DNA from: Ginglymostoma cirratum
Lineage: Eukaryota
Assembly (NCBI GenBank): GCA_024137785.1
Contig: JAHRHZ010000003.1
Span: forward strand, 7,959,815-8,023,814
DNA length: 64,000 nucleotides
Direction: 5' to 3'
The notes beneath the pieces are model-generated. The model was not told the DNA's origin and searched no databases. It saw nothing but the letters and a program-made list of their open reading frames with translations. The translations under genes were made by a program, and so were the position numbers. This document shows, one piece after another, positions 37,271 to 48,505 of this stretch. Each line of letters opens with the position of its first letter. The first letter of the stretch is position 1.

Positions 37271-40200
37271 CTAGCAATCACTGAACCATACATCCTCACT
37301 GCTTTGCGGGGGTTGGGGGAGGGGAGAAGAATGAAGAAATCAGGAAAATTAGGAATAGGGAAGGGATGGGGCAAGAGGCTGTCAGTGGACAGGAAAATAA
37401 GGCATATGTCTACTGTTATTGAGCTCAAAAACATTCCATCAAAACTTCTTTCACTTAACCATGGATTGATTCTTGTTGACCTGTTGCCACTCCTGCCCCA
37501 CTTTCTTGTGAGATGGCTGATACAGCTCCAAACTGGACAGTGCTAATTGCTTGTACTGACAACTTAAGTTGGAAATAAAACTTGCAAACACCCCTGCATT
37601 CTGCTAAGATTCTCATTTTGGGATAGAAATTTGCTCAAACCCATAAGATACAGTCTGTTAGTGTCAGTGCAACTGTTTATGATCTTTCGGTTCCAATTAT
37701 ACAACATCCATCTTCAATAGATTGAATATACACACGTTGTTCAATTCAATAGACAGACATTGAGCAGAGAAACAATTACATGGCATGTATTTTAATGCAT
37801 GAATGATCAGGGTACTATGAGACCTTTTTAGTCACATTGAATTTTCAGTAACCATTTTGGAAACTTTGGAACTTTTGGCTTCAGAAGATCTCTTCAGAAA
37901 TTACGCAGGAATCATATCAGACATGAGTACTAATATACCTTTAATTCTACAAGGCATCCAATATTAAACATTTCATCTTGTCTTGAAACTTTGCCCAATA
38001 TCCAAAATTCTTTTCGGAGGATCATCATGAGGCAAACAATTACTGAGATATGTTCATTACTTAGAACTTAAAATGATATTCAACATGAACTCAAAAGATT
38101 ATCAGAATCTTTCCAAGTTCCAAATTAAGTTGGAATCCACAAAACAAATTCAAGTAAACTAACTTGGTTCTTACCTTTAAATGAGCTTTTGGTTGAGTCT
38201 GGTGACCAGTCTTGCTCACAACCAATTCCTGCTCTTCACAATCTCTCAGTCATACTGGAGTCATTTAAGGGTTGAGCACACCATTTCTTTCTCACCTGTT
38301 TGTCTGCATGAACTACAAGTCTAAAAACCAGATGTTTATATTCAGACAAATCTTCAACAGCAAACATGCCTCCGAATTTCTGCTGGGCTCTCAGGCTACC
38401 AGATTCCACACGTTAAACCAGCTGAAGGTTTTTCCCATCTGTTGGGCATTTTTAGTTTTTCTTTTGGCTTGCCTACCAGCAGAACATTAAAAAAGGTCTT
38501 ACAAGTGTATTTGACCTAATTTTGAAAAGGCTTATGCCAGGAACTGGCAGGAGGTGGGGGTCAGGGGGACTCATGGGTTTCATACTGCATCAAGGCCAAT
38601 CAATCAAGGCTACATAATGTGGAACTAAAGTCACAGTCATCACAGAGTTTAGCCCACCCCAACACAAACACAGAGTTGGGCCATGAAGGAAGCATGGTTC
38701 GAAGGATAAACTTGAATTAAAAATTGATCCAAAAACATAGTGAATTCAAACCAGAGAATAGGAATATGGACAATCAACAAGGTACATTTCAGTCTCAATG
38801 TCGCATATTCTGCTGGAATGCTGTTGCCTGAAAATGTTAAATTCTACAAACAAGCAGTAAATCAATGAAAGATGAAAGACAATGGTCATGTTATCAGAGC
38901 ATACAAGCAAAAAAAGCACAGCCGAAGTTACAGAGGGTGGTGGGGGGTTTGGGGCACTGTGCAAGTGCTAAGAGCAATGAACCCCAAAGGCACATTCTTT
39001 CTCTGATCAAAAATATACATTAAAGCTGGTGGGTATAACTAGCAACAGCAAAGCAGAGCACTGTTGACACTCAAAATTTTTAAACCAGAAGAACCTAGAA
39101 ATATTTAACAGATCTGGCAAAGTCTATGATTAAAGAGGCTTAATAGTTCAATCTGCAATATTTCATGATAATACTCTTCTTTCGACACAAATAAATGAGA
39201 AGTTTCTGTGGTCTGATAATTCATATATTGAGTCAGTCCCTTGGTTTCATTTTGAAGACACCACTTATTGTTGGAGACGTGGACCACAGGTACAGTTGTC
39301 ACTTGACAGCCTCAGCAAGAATCACCCCATCCAAAAATCTACTGTACCTGACCTAATTGGCAGAGACATATGACAAAACTATTCCTGCAGCACCAATTAC
39401 CACACCTTCTAAAGGATATTGATCACAACCTTAGAGGGAATGCAGCATACATTTCTTGCATTGACAACTGCACACTAGGTATTAAATTACCAGAAAAAAA
39501 GTGCGCAAATTTTGCCTACATTTGCCTAAGTTGCAAGATTTAGGTTTATAGATAGTGTGAGCAGCTCACAGAAGAGAGAGTACTAATTGAGAAACTCGTC
39601 CCACTGGGTGGGGAATGCATGACAGATTACATACAAGTTACAGCTAGGAGACCTTTGTACATTAGAACTTGTTTAAACATTGGAATTCTCTTCATCATAC
39701 GACAAGTGTTTGAAGATGATTAAGTCATTTTCATAGGAAAAGGACAGATTTTTGGTATCCGAAAATATTAACAAGTATTGGGCAAATGGGTCTTCATGGA
39801 GTTAGGTCATAGATAAGCCATGATCTGTCAGCAGGTCAGACAAATTTCCTGGCTCCAAATTTGACCTTTTTTCTCTTTCGCCTGCTGCAATGTTCTAATG
39901 AAGCTGGAATAGACTCACAGAAGCACACCATCTTTCCACTGGACAACACTTAATCACGTTTGGGACTTAGTGAGTTCAATTTTAGCTTGTAACCTCTGCA
40001 CCCAGGTGATTTTTTTTTCTTTTTCTTCCCAGTCTGTCCTATTTCCCCATTATCCCTTTCCTTTTGGATGACTGCTATTCCAAATCCAATTATCAACTCC
40101 TCCATACTCGCTCTCTCTTTGGCTTTGCACCATGAAATCATGTGTCCTTGAATTTCTCCCAGCTTGACCTATCGTGGACTATAGTCAAATACTTGACTAA

Positions 40201-40725
40201 GCTTTTGGTGTTCCTTCCACATTCTTGCATTCTACTTGGTCAAAACAAGTTACATCACATTTTTCCCACTTATATGAACTCTATTTCATTCAGTAATGAT
40301 GCCAGAAGACTTGCTGCATATTCCGTTCTTACGCTTCTCAGTCATTAACTTGTGAATGCCTCAGGATTTCGGTGCCTTTTTATTTGTTATTTTATTTTAT
40401 TTTCATAATAGACTACAACTCTTAAGAATTCCTCTGATCTATGATCAAAAATTAAAGCCTTCTATGTCAACACTCTGAACTGATAACGAATCAGATAAAG
40501 ACCGGACATACACTGCACAATGTTCAATTATCTTGAATTACAGAACAATTCTTACCAAATATTACAATTGTTCCTGGCCGTGCAATTCAAGATCAAGTTT
40601 TAAGCCATTTTCTAAAACAATTAAATGGATTTGTTTAAACAGCAATAGTTGAACACCTTGGTAAAGTCAGTTGACCAGAGCTATTTGGAAACCATCACTG
40701 TGCAAGACAACACTGGCAATCATGA

Positions 40726-40862
40726 GGAGATAGTAGGTACTGTCGATGCTGGAGAATGAGATAACAAGGTGGAAAAGCTGGATGAACACAGCAGGCCAGG
40801 CAGCATCAGAGGAGCAGGAAAGCTGACGTTTCGGGTCTGGACCCTTCTTCAGAAAAAAATCA
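40726..40862 (-). mobile_element. Short Penelope-derived repeat with intact hammerhead core
   Basis: 12-bp TSD TGGCAATCATGA (40714-40725 and 40863-40874); CTGAAGA-A-GGGTCCAGACCC-GAAA-CGTC at 40852-40825. Confidence 0.85.
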
Positions 40863-40899
40863 TGGCAATCATGAAGTCCTTTATCCTCCACTTGCCAGT

Positions 40900-41290
40900 A
40901 TCCTCAACAGCATCCTGGATGAAGCAGTCTCCTTGACCAGCATCAGATCCATCAGGTTCAACATGCACTGCCATCAGTGATAAACAGTGACAACAGTGGG
41001 CACAACTTCAAGTTCCAGTGCTGCAATTGAAGACAGTTGCCTCGACAGCCCTTACCAAACCCACAGTCTCTACCACCTGGAAGCACAAGGGTATATTTGT
41101 GGGAGCAAAGTACTTGCAAGCTCACCTCCACGCCTGACAACATCCTGACGGGAACCTACATTGCTCTTCATGGTTGGAAGGTTTGGAGATCCTTTCCTCA
41201 AACTGTGGGCATATCTACACTGTGAAGGAGATGGGTCACCATCACCACCTCAAGGGAAATTAGTGGTAAGCAATCAATACTGTCACAGTC
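40900..41290 (+). mobile_element. Old CR1-clade LINE 3' end fragment
   Basis: CCAAACCCACAGTCTCTACCACCTGGAAG-ACAAGGG...CACCACCTCAAGGG pattern typical of the family also seen at 47-48.5 kb. Confidence 0.5.
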
Positions 41291-42176
41291 AGCAACATAC
41301 AAATTCTGTGCATCAGTTAAGTAAAACACAGATGCATCAACATGGTCTGCTTATTCCTTCACAATTTGTGGCATCTTTATTGTGAATGGGGAACAGGAGA
41401 TAGGTTGGAGTTCAAATTCTTGTCACAGTCATTCATCTCTCAACTCGTGACAAAGCTTCTGTATGTTGTGACACCAATATGAATTTCCACTGTACGGGTG
41501 CATCTTGTCTACAGCCACTTCTGACAATGTACAAACTCTGAAAGCTGAGAGCAACCTTCTTGTCTGACTGTGTGTGTCTCGGAATCAGGACAGCCGATCT
41601 GTACTTCTAACCTTGCCGCACTCTTTTTTGATCTCATACTGCCACCAGTAGCACTAGGCGTTCTGCCAACTGTTCCTGGCTAAGGCATGCTTGACAGTGC
41701 GGTGGATCGAAGGCGAGAGAATACACAAGGTTCAAGCGCGGGTTGGAACGCAGTGCAAAATTGAATAGGACCAGCAGCAGGTTTTAAACTTTCAAACAGT
41801 GTTAATTTTGCAACATTGTAATGTTCAAACCAGGTACGGAGGAAGCGATTGGACTGGCTTCGTCTGTGAATAGATTCACATGGGCAATGCAGAGAACCAA
41901 TTTTAATTTGAAACGTTTTGTGCAGAAACAAACACTCCCAAGAATTTGTTAACTGTTCAAATACCCATGCGTCAGATAAAGGTTGTCTGCCACACCTTCA
42001 AGCTCGATGCAAGTTAACTCTGTGTTCCAATGCAACATCTTCACCCTTCCTGACTCAAAACGCACGTATCTTTATAATAGCAGCCTTGGCATGAAACATC
42101 CCAGGATGATAAATATCCCAGGTTGATAAAATAAAACTAGACATTAAGCCATGCCAGCACACTAAAGGAAAGGTCA

Positions 42177-42388
42177 GTAAAAAAACATCAAGTGTTGGAG
42201 AAACTCAGCAGGTTTGACTGTATGTGTGGAGAGAAAACAGAAATAATGTTACGAGTCCGATGACCTTCTTCAGAAATGTGTTCAGAGCATTTCCAAAGAA
42301 GGGTCATTGGACTCAAAAGTTTATTGTTTTCTCTCCACAGATGAGGCTACACCCGAGTTTCTCCAGCAATTGTGTCCTTTCAGATCTC
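42177..42388. mobile_element. Older head-to-head pair of hammerhead-bearing Penelope tails
   Basis: TTGGAGAAACTCAGCAGG...GAGTCCGATGACCTTCTTCAGAA is inverted relative to TTCCAAAGAAGGGTCATTGGACTC...GAGTTTCTCCAGCAA. Confidence 0.7.
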
Positions 42389-42494
42389 CAGATCCTTGGT
42401 CTTAATTCAGAGTTTAAAGCCCTGGCTATGAACGACCTATAACCAATGGCAGTGATTCAAACTGGTGATGCACAAAAACAGTCTCGAACCAGAG

Positions 42495-42663
42495 ATAGTA
42501 GGAACTGCAGATGCTGGAGAATCTGAGATAACAAGGTGTAGAGCTGGATGAACACAGCAGGCCAAGCAGCATCAGAGGAGCAGGAAAGCTGACGTTTCAG
42601 GTCTAGACCCGAAACCTCAGCTTTCCTGCTCGGCCTGCTGTGTTCATGCAGCTCTGCACCTTG
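42495..42663. mobile_element. Fold-back Penelope-derived repeat inverted at hammerhead stem II
   Basis: 16-bp TSD CAGTCTCGAACCAGAG (42479-42494 and 42664-42679); internal near-palindrome CAGGAAAGCTGACGTTTCAGGTCTAGACCCGAAACCTCAGCTTTCCTG. Confidence 0.85.
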
Positions 42664-44847
42664 CAGTCTCGAACCAGAGCAGGGCACATCGGCCTGAGGG
42701 TTGTGGACCCGAAGGCGGTCACAGAGACAGGCAGTGAAAAAGCCTTGGAGGAAAACAAAAGTTTAAAATCAAGCCAATGTAAGTCAAAAAGCACATATTC
42801 TGTTGTGCGAACAGAATATTGTGCAAATCCAAGTCAGTGGGGCGGAGTTTACAGGTAATTGCAGATTCCGGCTGATTCATCGAGTTGACGCAAACAACCC
42901 TTCGCATGTGCACTGCTGAAATGGACTGACAAATTTTACACACATACTTATGTTGCTTGCTTTCATTTGCTGTTTTTGTGGAGGAATTGTACCCTTGTCA
43001 AGTTAAGTGCGGTAGTTCTGGTCTGCTCCAATTCGTGCAATCTTCTTACTAACTCTGGGAGCTCAAATTCTTTGGCAGTGCACACAATGCTGAGACTCTG
43101 AAAGAAGGTGTTTCTATCTGCATAGCCCACAGTCTTGGCTTATCACTGAACCAGTCTTAACGTTGGAAGGAGCAAAAACATGATATACAGATCGATTAGT
43201 CCACACCAAAAGTGAAAGAGGTGGGTCATGCATGCCCATTGTGTTGATGTTCAATTCAGGCACTGAAAAAAGAAGCCGTGCTATCTGTTGTCTAATAACC
43301 ATGCTGCAAACCAAGACACACAGTTAATATTGTGTGGATGGTTACACTGTTCACATGGGAATGATCGCGCACACAGAAAAGTCACAACTCTGATTCCGAC
43401 TTAGCCGTGTCGAATATTAATTACGTTTTGTACTGTTTCAATTGCCCTCTACACAATGCTGTCGCCTGACCAGCAATTCCTGGTAGAGAAGAAAATTGGA
43501 AGGAGGACAGGTCAGGATAGGATCCGATCAAACTGTGCTGCACTCGGCATTCAAATAGTCAGCTGGCACTACCTTAACTTACTTTCATAAGAATGTATTC
43601 ACATGTGACTCGTAGTCTTAACAATACCTTCAACCAAAGCAGGCAATTAAAAGCATTATAAAGGAACTTTTAACCGTTAGTACATCCTCCGATTTCACAC
43701 AATTTCACTTTCTATTTTGTGGCAGAGACCATGATTTTTTTCTTCTATTTAACACACACAACAGGAAAATAAAAATTTATATTAATTATTCAATCTTGTC
43801 ACTATTGGAAATTGGAAACCAATTATAAATGGCACCATATTGCTGACAGGTTTATGGAGTTGTTAATAGGCGAGACCAATTGTCATGACATTAAACCAAC
43901 CAATCAGTAAACAGCAGAACATCAGAACACCTACATTTGTCCAATCACAGGATGGAAGCGCACTAGCCGTGGATTTGCCCTGTGCTTCAGATCGCCCATA
44001 GTTGCTGTTTTGGTGTGGAGTATTTTTGAGACTGATGCCTCCAGACTAGCTGGAGTGAAGCCAGCTCGTTACAAAAAGGTTTGACTAATTCATCCTGCCA
44101 TCCAGCATTTAAGAAATCGCCACACTGATTTCAAGTTTACCAGATGGAATGAAGAAATAATTACTCATCAAAAGGCAAGACTGCTTTTTGTTTCATCATC
44201 CTGCAAATATGTTTTGATGACAAATCTCTGTACTGCTCGAAAAGTGCTAGATTATTTGCTTATTTTTAAATGGTGTAACGGTCAATGTGGAAAAAAAAGG
44301 GAAATTTCACAATATGGTTCAAATCAAAAGTTTACAACTCCTTGTCTCTGAAAGATTTTTGATATACAAAGCAATCAGTCCTGAAGTCTGGGCATCCAGA
44401 TATTTTTCAGGGGCAGTTATCTATGTGATCCCAAACATGCTTACCTTACCTGGTCTGGTGAAGATCATCAGGATGAAAAAAAAATGCCATGACGTTATCA
44501 ACACGGATTGTAAAATTCCTTCTGAACCATCTACATATTCAGCACCTAAGAACCTGGAATTTACTTTTCAGTACAATAAATGATATAAATGCAACCCAAG
44601 TTCTTTTCAGGATATAAAGTGGCAGCAGTCTAAATTACTGTCCATGAAAGAAAAAGGTTGTGCCTTACAAAGAAAACGAAAGCGTCAATATCGAAGAAAT
44701 TGTTTATTGTCTTTTCCCTGAACAATACTGGCTGGATATGTATCTGCATCTTTTCTGAATCAAATGCAAAAGATGAAGCAACTAATAAATTCAGATTCTA
44801 CGTTCCTTTCCTGTATGCGTCCAGTCAACTGACATTAAAATTTGACG

Positions 44848-45040
44848 AGTCACACGAGACCAGGTTACAATCAGACAGGTTTATTTGAAATCACAAGCTT
44901 TTGGAGCACTGCTCCTTTGTCAGGTGAACATCAGCACTGCAAAACCTTGTGATTTCGAATAAACCTGAAGGACTGTAACCCGGGTTTGGGTGACTTCTTG
45001 ACTTTGTCCACCCCAGACCAACACCAACGCCTCCACATCA
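44848..45040. mobile_element. Fold-back repeat of another Penelope-derived family
   Basis: ~55-bp inverted arms (44848-44903 and 44940-44995) around a minus-strand degenerate hammerhead CTGACAA-A-GGAGCAGTGCTCC-AAAA-GCTT. Confidence 0.7.
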
Positions 45041-45546
45041 TTACAATTTAAACGGTAGAACTGGTTTTGGCATATTGGATTGAGGTGGATACAATGAGTG
45101 GGAAGGGTGGAGAATTGTTCAAGTGCACACATCATTGGAAGCAGAGTATATGTTGCAGCTGACAAGGGAAGCCATGATAATTAGGATCTGTTCGAGCGTG
45201 CAGTGCAGAGGGTGAATGGGTGTGATGGATGAGGGGCAGGAAATCCATTTAATATGGTTGCAATTTATGGTGGGGCAAGGATGCAGTGAGGTCAGTTGCT
45301 GGCAAATGACAGCTTGTTGGAATAATGTGTACTTTAGACCCACATCCCACACCTCAAAACTCTCCTCATACTCATTGTTTAGGTTCACACTGAGAATCGT
45401 CAATTGCTCAAGTTCAAGGAAGACAGCCATCAACCAAGAATGATATCAAATCAAGAATCTATAGCTCAAGCATGTTGCATGCATTAAACCAGATAATGTT
45501 CAGCATCTAAGGTTTTGGAGTAGATCTGGAGCTCGGGTTGTGGGCA

Positions 45547-46689
45547 TTGAGGTTGGTTGGCTCACCGAGCTGGTTTGTTGTTTTGCAGACGTTTCGTCAT
45601 GCTTGGTAACATCTTCAGTGCAGCCTCCAATGAAGCATTGGTGTGTTTTCCCGCCTGGTTTTTAAACAATGGGGTCCATTGACATGGATTGCCTCACTTC
45701 TGGTTTTCCTTCGTGGTGGAATGTATATAGGGTCCTCTCTGGTGGGGTGGAGAGGAGGAGAAGAACAAACAGCTCCCATTCCCGGACGTCATGGTAGAGC
45801 GCAAGACAAATGGGGAACTGCAAATGAAAGTACACCGAAAAGCCCCACACGCAGACCAGGTACTGAACTTCAATAGTAAACATCCCAGCACACACAAACG
45901 AAGCTGCGTGCGAACACTATTTAAAAGGGCTCCAACACACTGCAGCAACACGGAATTCCGCCAAGAGGAAGAAGAATACCTCTTCCAAGTGATCAAGGAT
46001 AATGGATATCCAAAGAACTGGGTCAGAAGATGCCTACACAAACAGCATCAGAAAGATTCGACACGCCCTGACACACTCACCACACTACCCTACATCAAGA
46101 ACACATCAGAACTCACCACAAGACTCCTGCAACCGCTGGGCATCAGAGTGGCACTCAAGTCCACGTCAACTCTACGACAACTGCGCACCCGAACTAAAGA
46201 CCCACTCCCTGCCACGGGGCAGGACCAGTGTCATCTACACAATCCCCTGCAGAGACTGCGAGAAACACTACATCAGACAAAACAGGGAGGACACTAACAA
46301 CGAGAGTGCATGAACAGCAACTGGCTACAAAAAGACACGACCAATACTCACTCGTCTCAATCCACATGGACAAGGAGAACCACGACTTCGACTGGGACAA
46401 CACCAAGATCCTGGGACAGGCGAGGCAGAGACTAGCACGAGAATTCCTGGAAGCATGGCATTCCACGAAGCATGCTATTAATAAACACACTGAACTCGAC
46501 CCCATATACATTCCACTACGGAGGAAACCCGGAAGTGAGGGAATCCATCTCAACAGACCCCAGAGTTTAAAAACCAGGTGGGAAAACACACCGACGCTTC
46601 ATCGGAGGCTACACTGAAGATGTTACCAAGCACGATGACAAAACGTCTGCAAAACAACAAACCAGCTCGGTGAGCCAACCAACCTCAAC
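45547..46689 (+). mobile_element. Penelope-like retroelement, 5'-truncated, with inverted terminal (pLTR) repeats
   Basis: RT thumb (VHRKAPHADQVLNFNSKHPSTHKRSCVRTLFKRA) and GIY-YIG (VIYTIPCRDCEKHYI, TGRTLTTRVHEQ, HDFDWDNTKIL, REFLEAWHS) split by frameshifts; about 45547-45735 is the reverse complement of about 46498-46689. Confidence 0.9.
45584..45622 (-). ncRNA. Minimal type I hammerhead ribozyme motif in the Penelope pLTR
   Basis: TGCA-CTGAAGA-T-GTTA(CCAAGCA)TGAC-GAAA-CG-TC-TGCA: stem I, core, stem II, palindromic ACGT stem III and GUC cleavage triplet. Activity untested. Confidence 0.7.
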
Positions 46690-47084
46690 AAGGTTCAGCA
46701 AGTGGGCTTTTTAAAAGGTCAATGCACCTTGAGTCATGATAATTATCTACATGTACAAAAAGTACAAATGATAGGAATTTCAGGTACCAAGGTTAGTGGT
46801 GATGTCCAGTAATGATACTGTTTGCTAATTCCACCATACATAAATAATTGCAATCATTATGACTCATTACATCCTTGTCTGTTATGATACAGTCTTGTTT
46901 TCATTACTAAAACATTTTGTGTTCTAATATTACTTGATTCAACAGTATGCTGAGCGTTCTCAGCACTCTCAGGTTAATGTCTCCATTTTGGGTTTCTATT
47001 CATTTTATTGATGATTCACAGTTGACTTCTTTCCTGGACGTTTTGGAGAATGTAATTAGTAGAATGTATAAGACAAGACTTCAG

Positions 47085-48505
47085 ATAGGGGATCAACCAG
47101 AGTTCAATGATGAGTGCAGGAGGGCGTGCCAGGAGCAGCACCAGGCATACCTGAAGACGAGGTGCCAATCTGGAGAAATCACTGGACAGGACTACTGTGT
47201 GTGAAATAGCATAGCAGCAAGTGATAGAAACAGCTAAGCGATCTCACAACCAATGATCAGATCTAAGCTGTGCAGTCCTGCCACATCCAGTCACGAATGG
47301 TGGTGGAGTGGAGGAGGCAGCTCCATGAAGATCCCTATCTCCAATGATAGAAGTGCCTAGCACACCAGAGCAACTGAACTGATAAAGCTGAAGTTTTCAC
47401 AGCAATCTTTAGCCAGAAGTGCTGAGTGGATGAACCATTTCGGCCTCCTCCAGTGATCCCCAGCATTACAGATACCAGTTTTCAGCCAGTTCGATTCACT
47501 CCACATGATATCAAGAAACGGTTGGAGACGCTGGCTACTGCAAACACTATGGGCTCTGATAACATTCCAGCAATAGTACTGTTCAAGTACAGTGACAACA
47601 ATGGCATCTACCCAACAATGTGGAAAATTGCCCAATTATGTCCTGTACATAAAAAGCATGACAAATCCAACCCGGTCAATTACCATCCCATCAGCCGACT
47701 GTCCATTTCAGTGACGTGATGGAAGGTGTCAACAGTGCTATTGAGCAGCAATAACCTGCTCACTGATGCCCAGTTTGGGTTCCGCCAGGGCCACTCAGGT
47801 TCTGAGCTCATTTCAGCCTTGGTTCAAACATGGACAAAAGTTCTGAATTCCAAAGGCGAGGCGAGAGTGGCAGCCCCTGACATCAAGGCTGCATTTGACC
47901 AAATGTGGCATCAGGAGCCCTGGCAAAACTAGAAACTGAATATCAGGAAAACTCTCCACTGGTTACAGTCATACATGACACATAGGAAGATAGTCGTGGT
48001 TGCTGGAGGTCAGTCATCTCAGCTCCAGGACATCTCTGCAGGAGTTCCTCAGGGTAGTGTCCGAGGCCCAACCATCTTCAACTGCTCCAATGATCTTCCC
48101 TCTATAAAGGTCAGAAATGGGGATGTTTACCACTCATTTTACAGTGTTCAGCCCCATTAGTGATTCCTCAGTCACTGAAGCGGTCTGTGTCTAAATGCAA
48201 CAATATCTGGACAACATCGAGTCTTGGCCTGACAAGTGGCAAGTAACATTCACCCCACACAAATGCCGAGCTATGACCATCACTAACAAGAAACAATCTA
48301 ACCACTGCTCCTTGACATTCCATGTTGTTACCATCATTAACTCCCTCACTATCAACATCCTCAGAGTTATCATTGATCAGAAGCTCAACTGGACTCGCTG
48401 CATAAACGCAGTAGGGACAACAGCAGGTCAGAAGCAAGGAATACTGTGGCGAGTGACTCACCTATGGACACCTGAAGGCTGGTTCATCGTCTACAAGGCA
48501 CAACA
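47085..48505 (+). mobile_element. Decayed CR1-clade LINE reverse transcriptase region
   Basis: Remnants GIYPTMWKIAQLCPVHKK..SNPVNYHPIS, QFGFRQGHS, DIKAAFDQMWH, GVPQGSVRGPTIF, DKWQVTFTPHKC in shifting frames. Confidence 0.88.
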
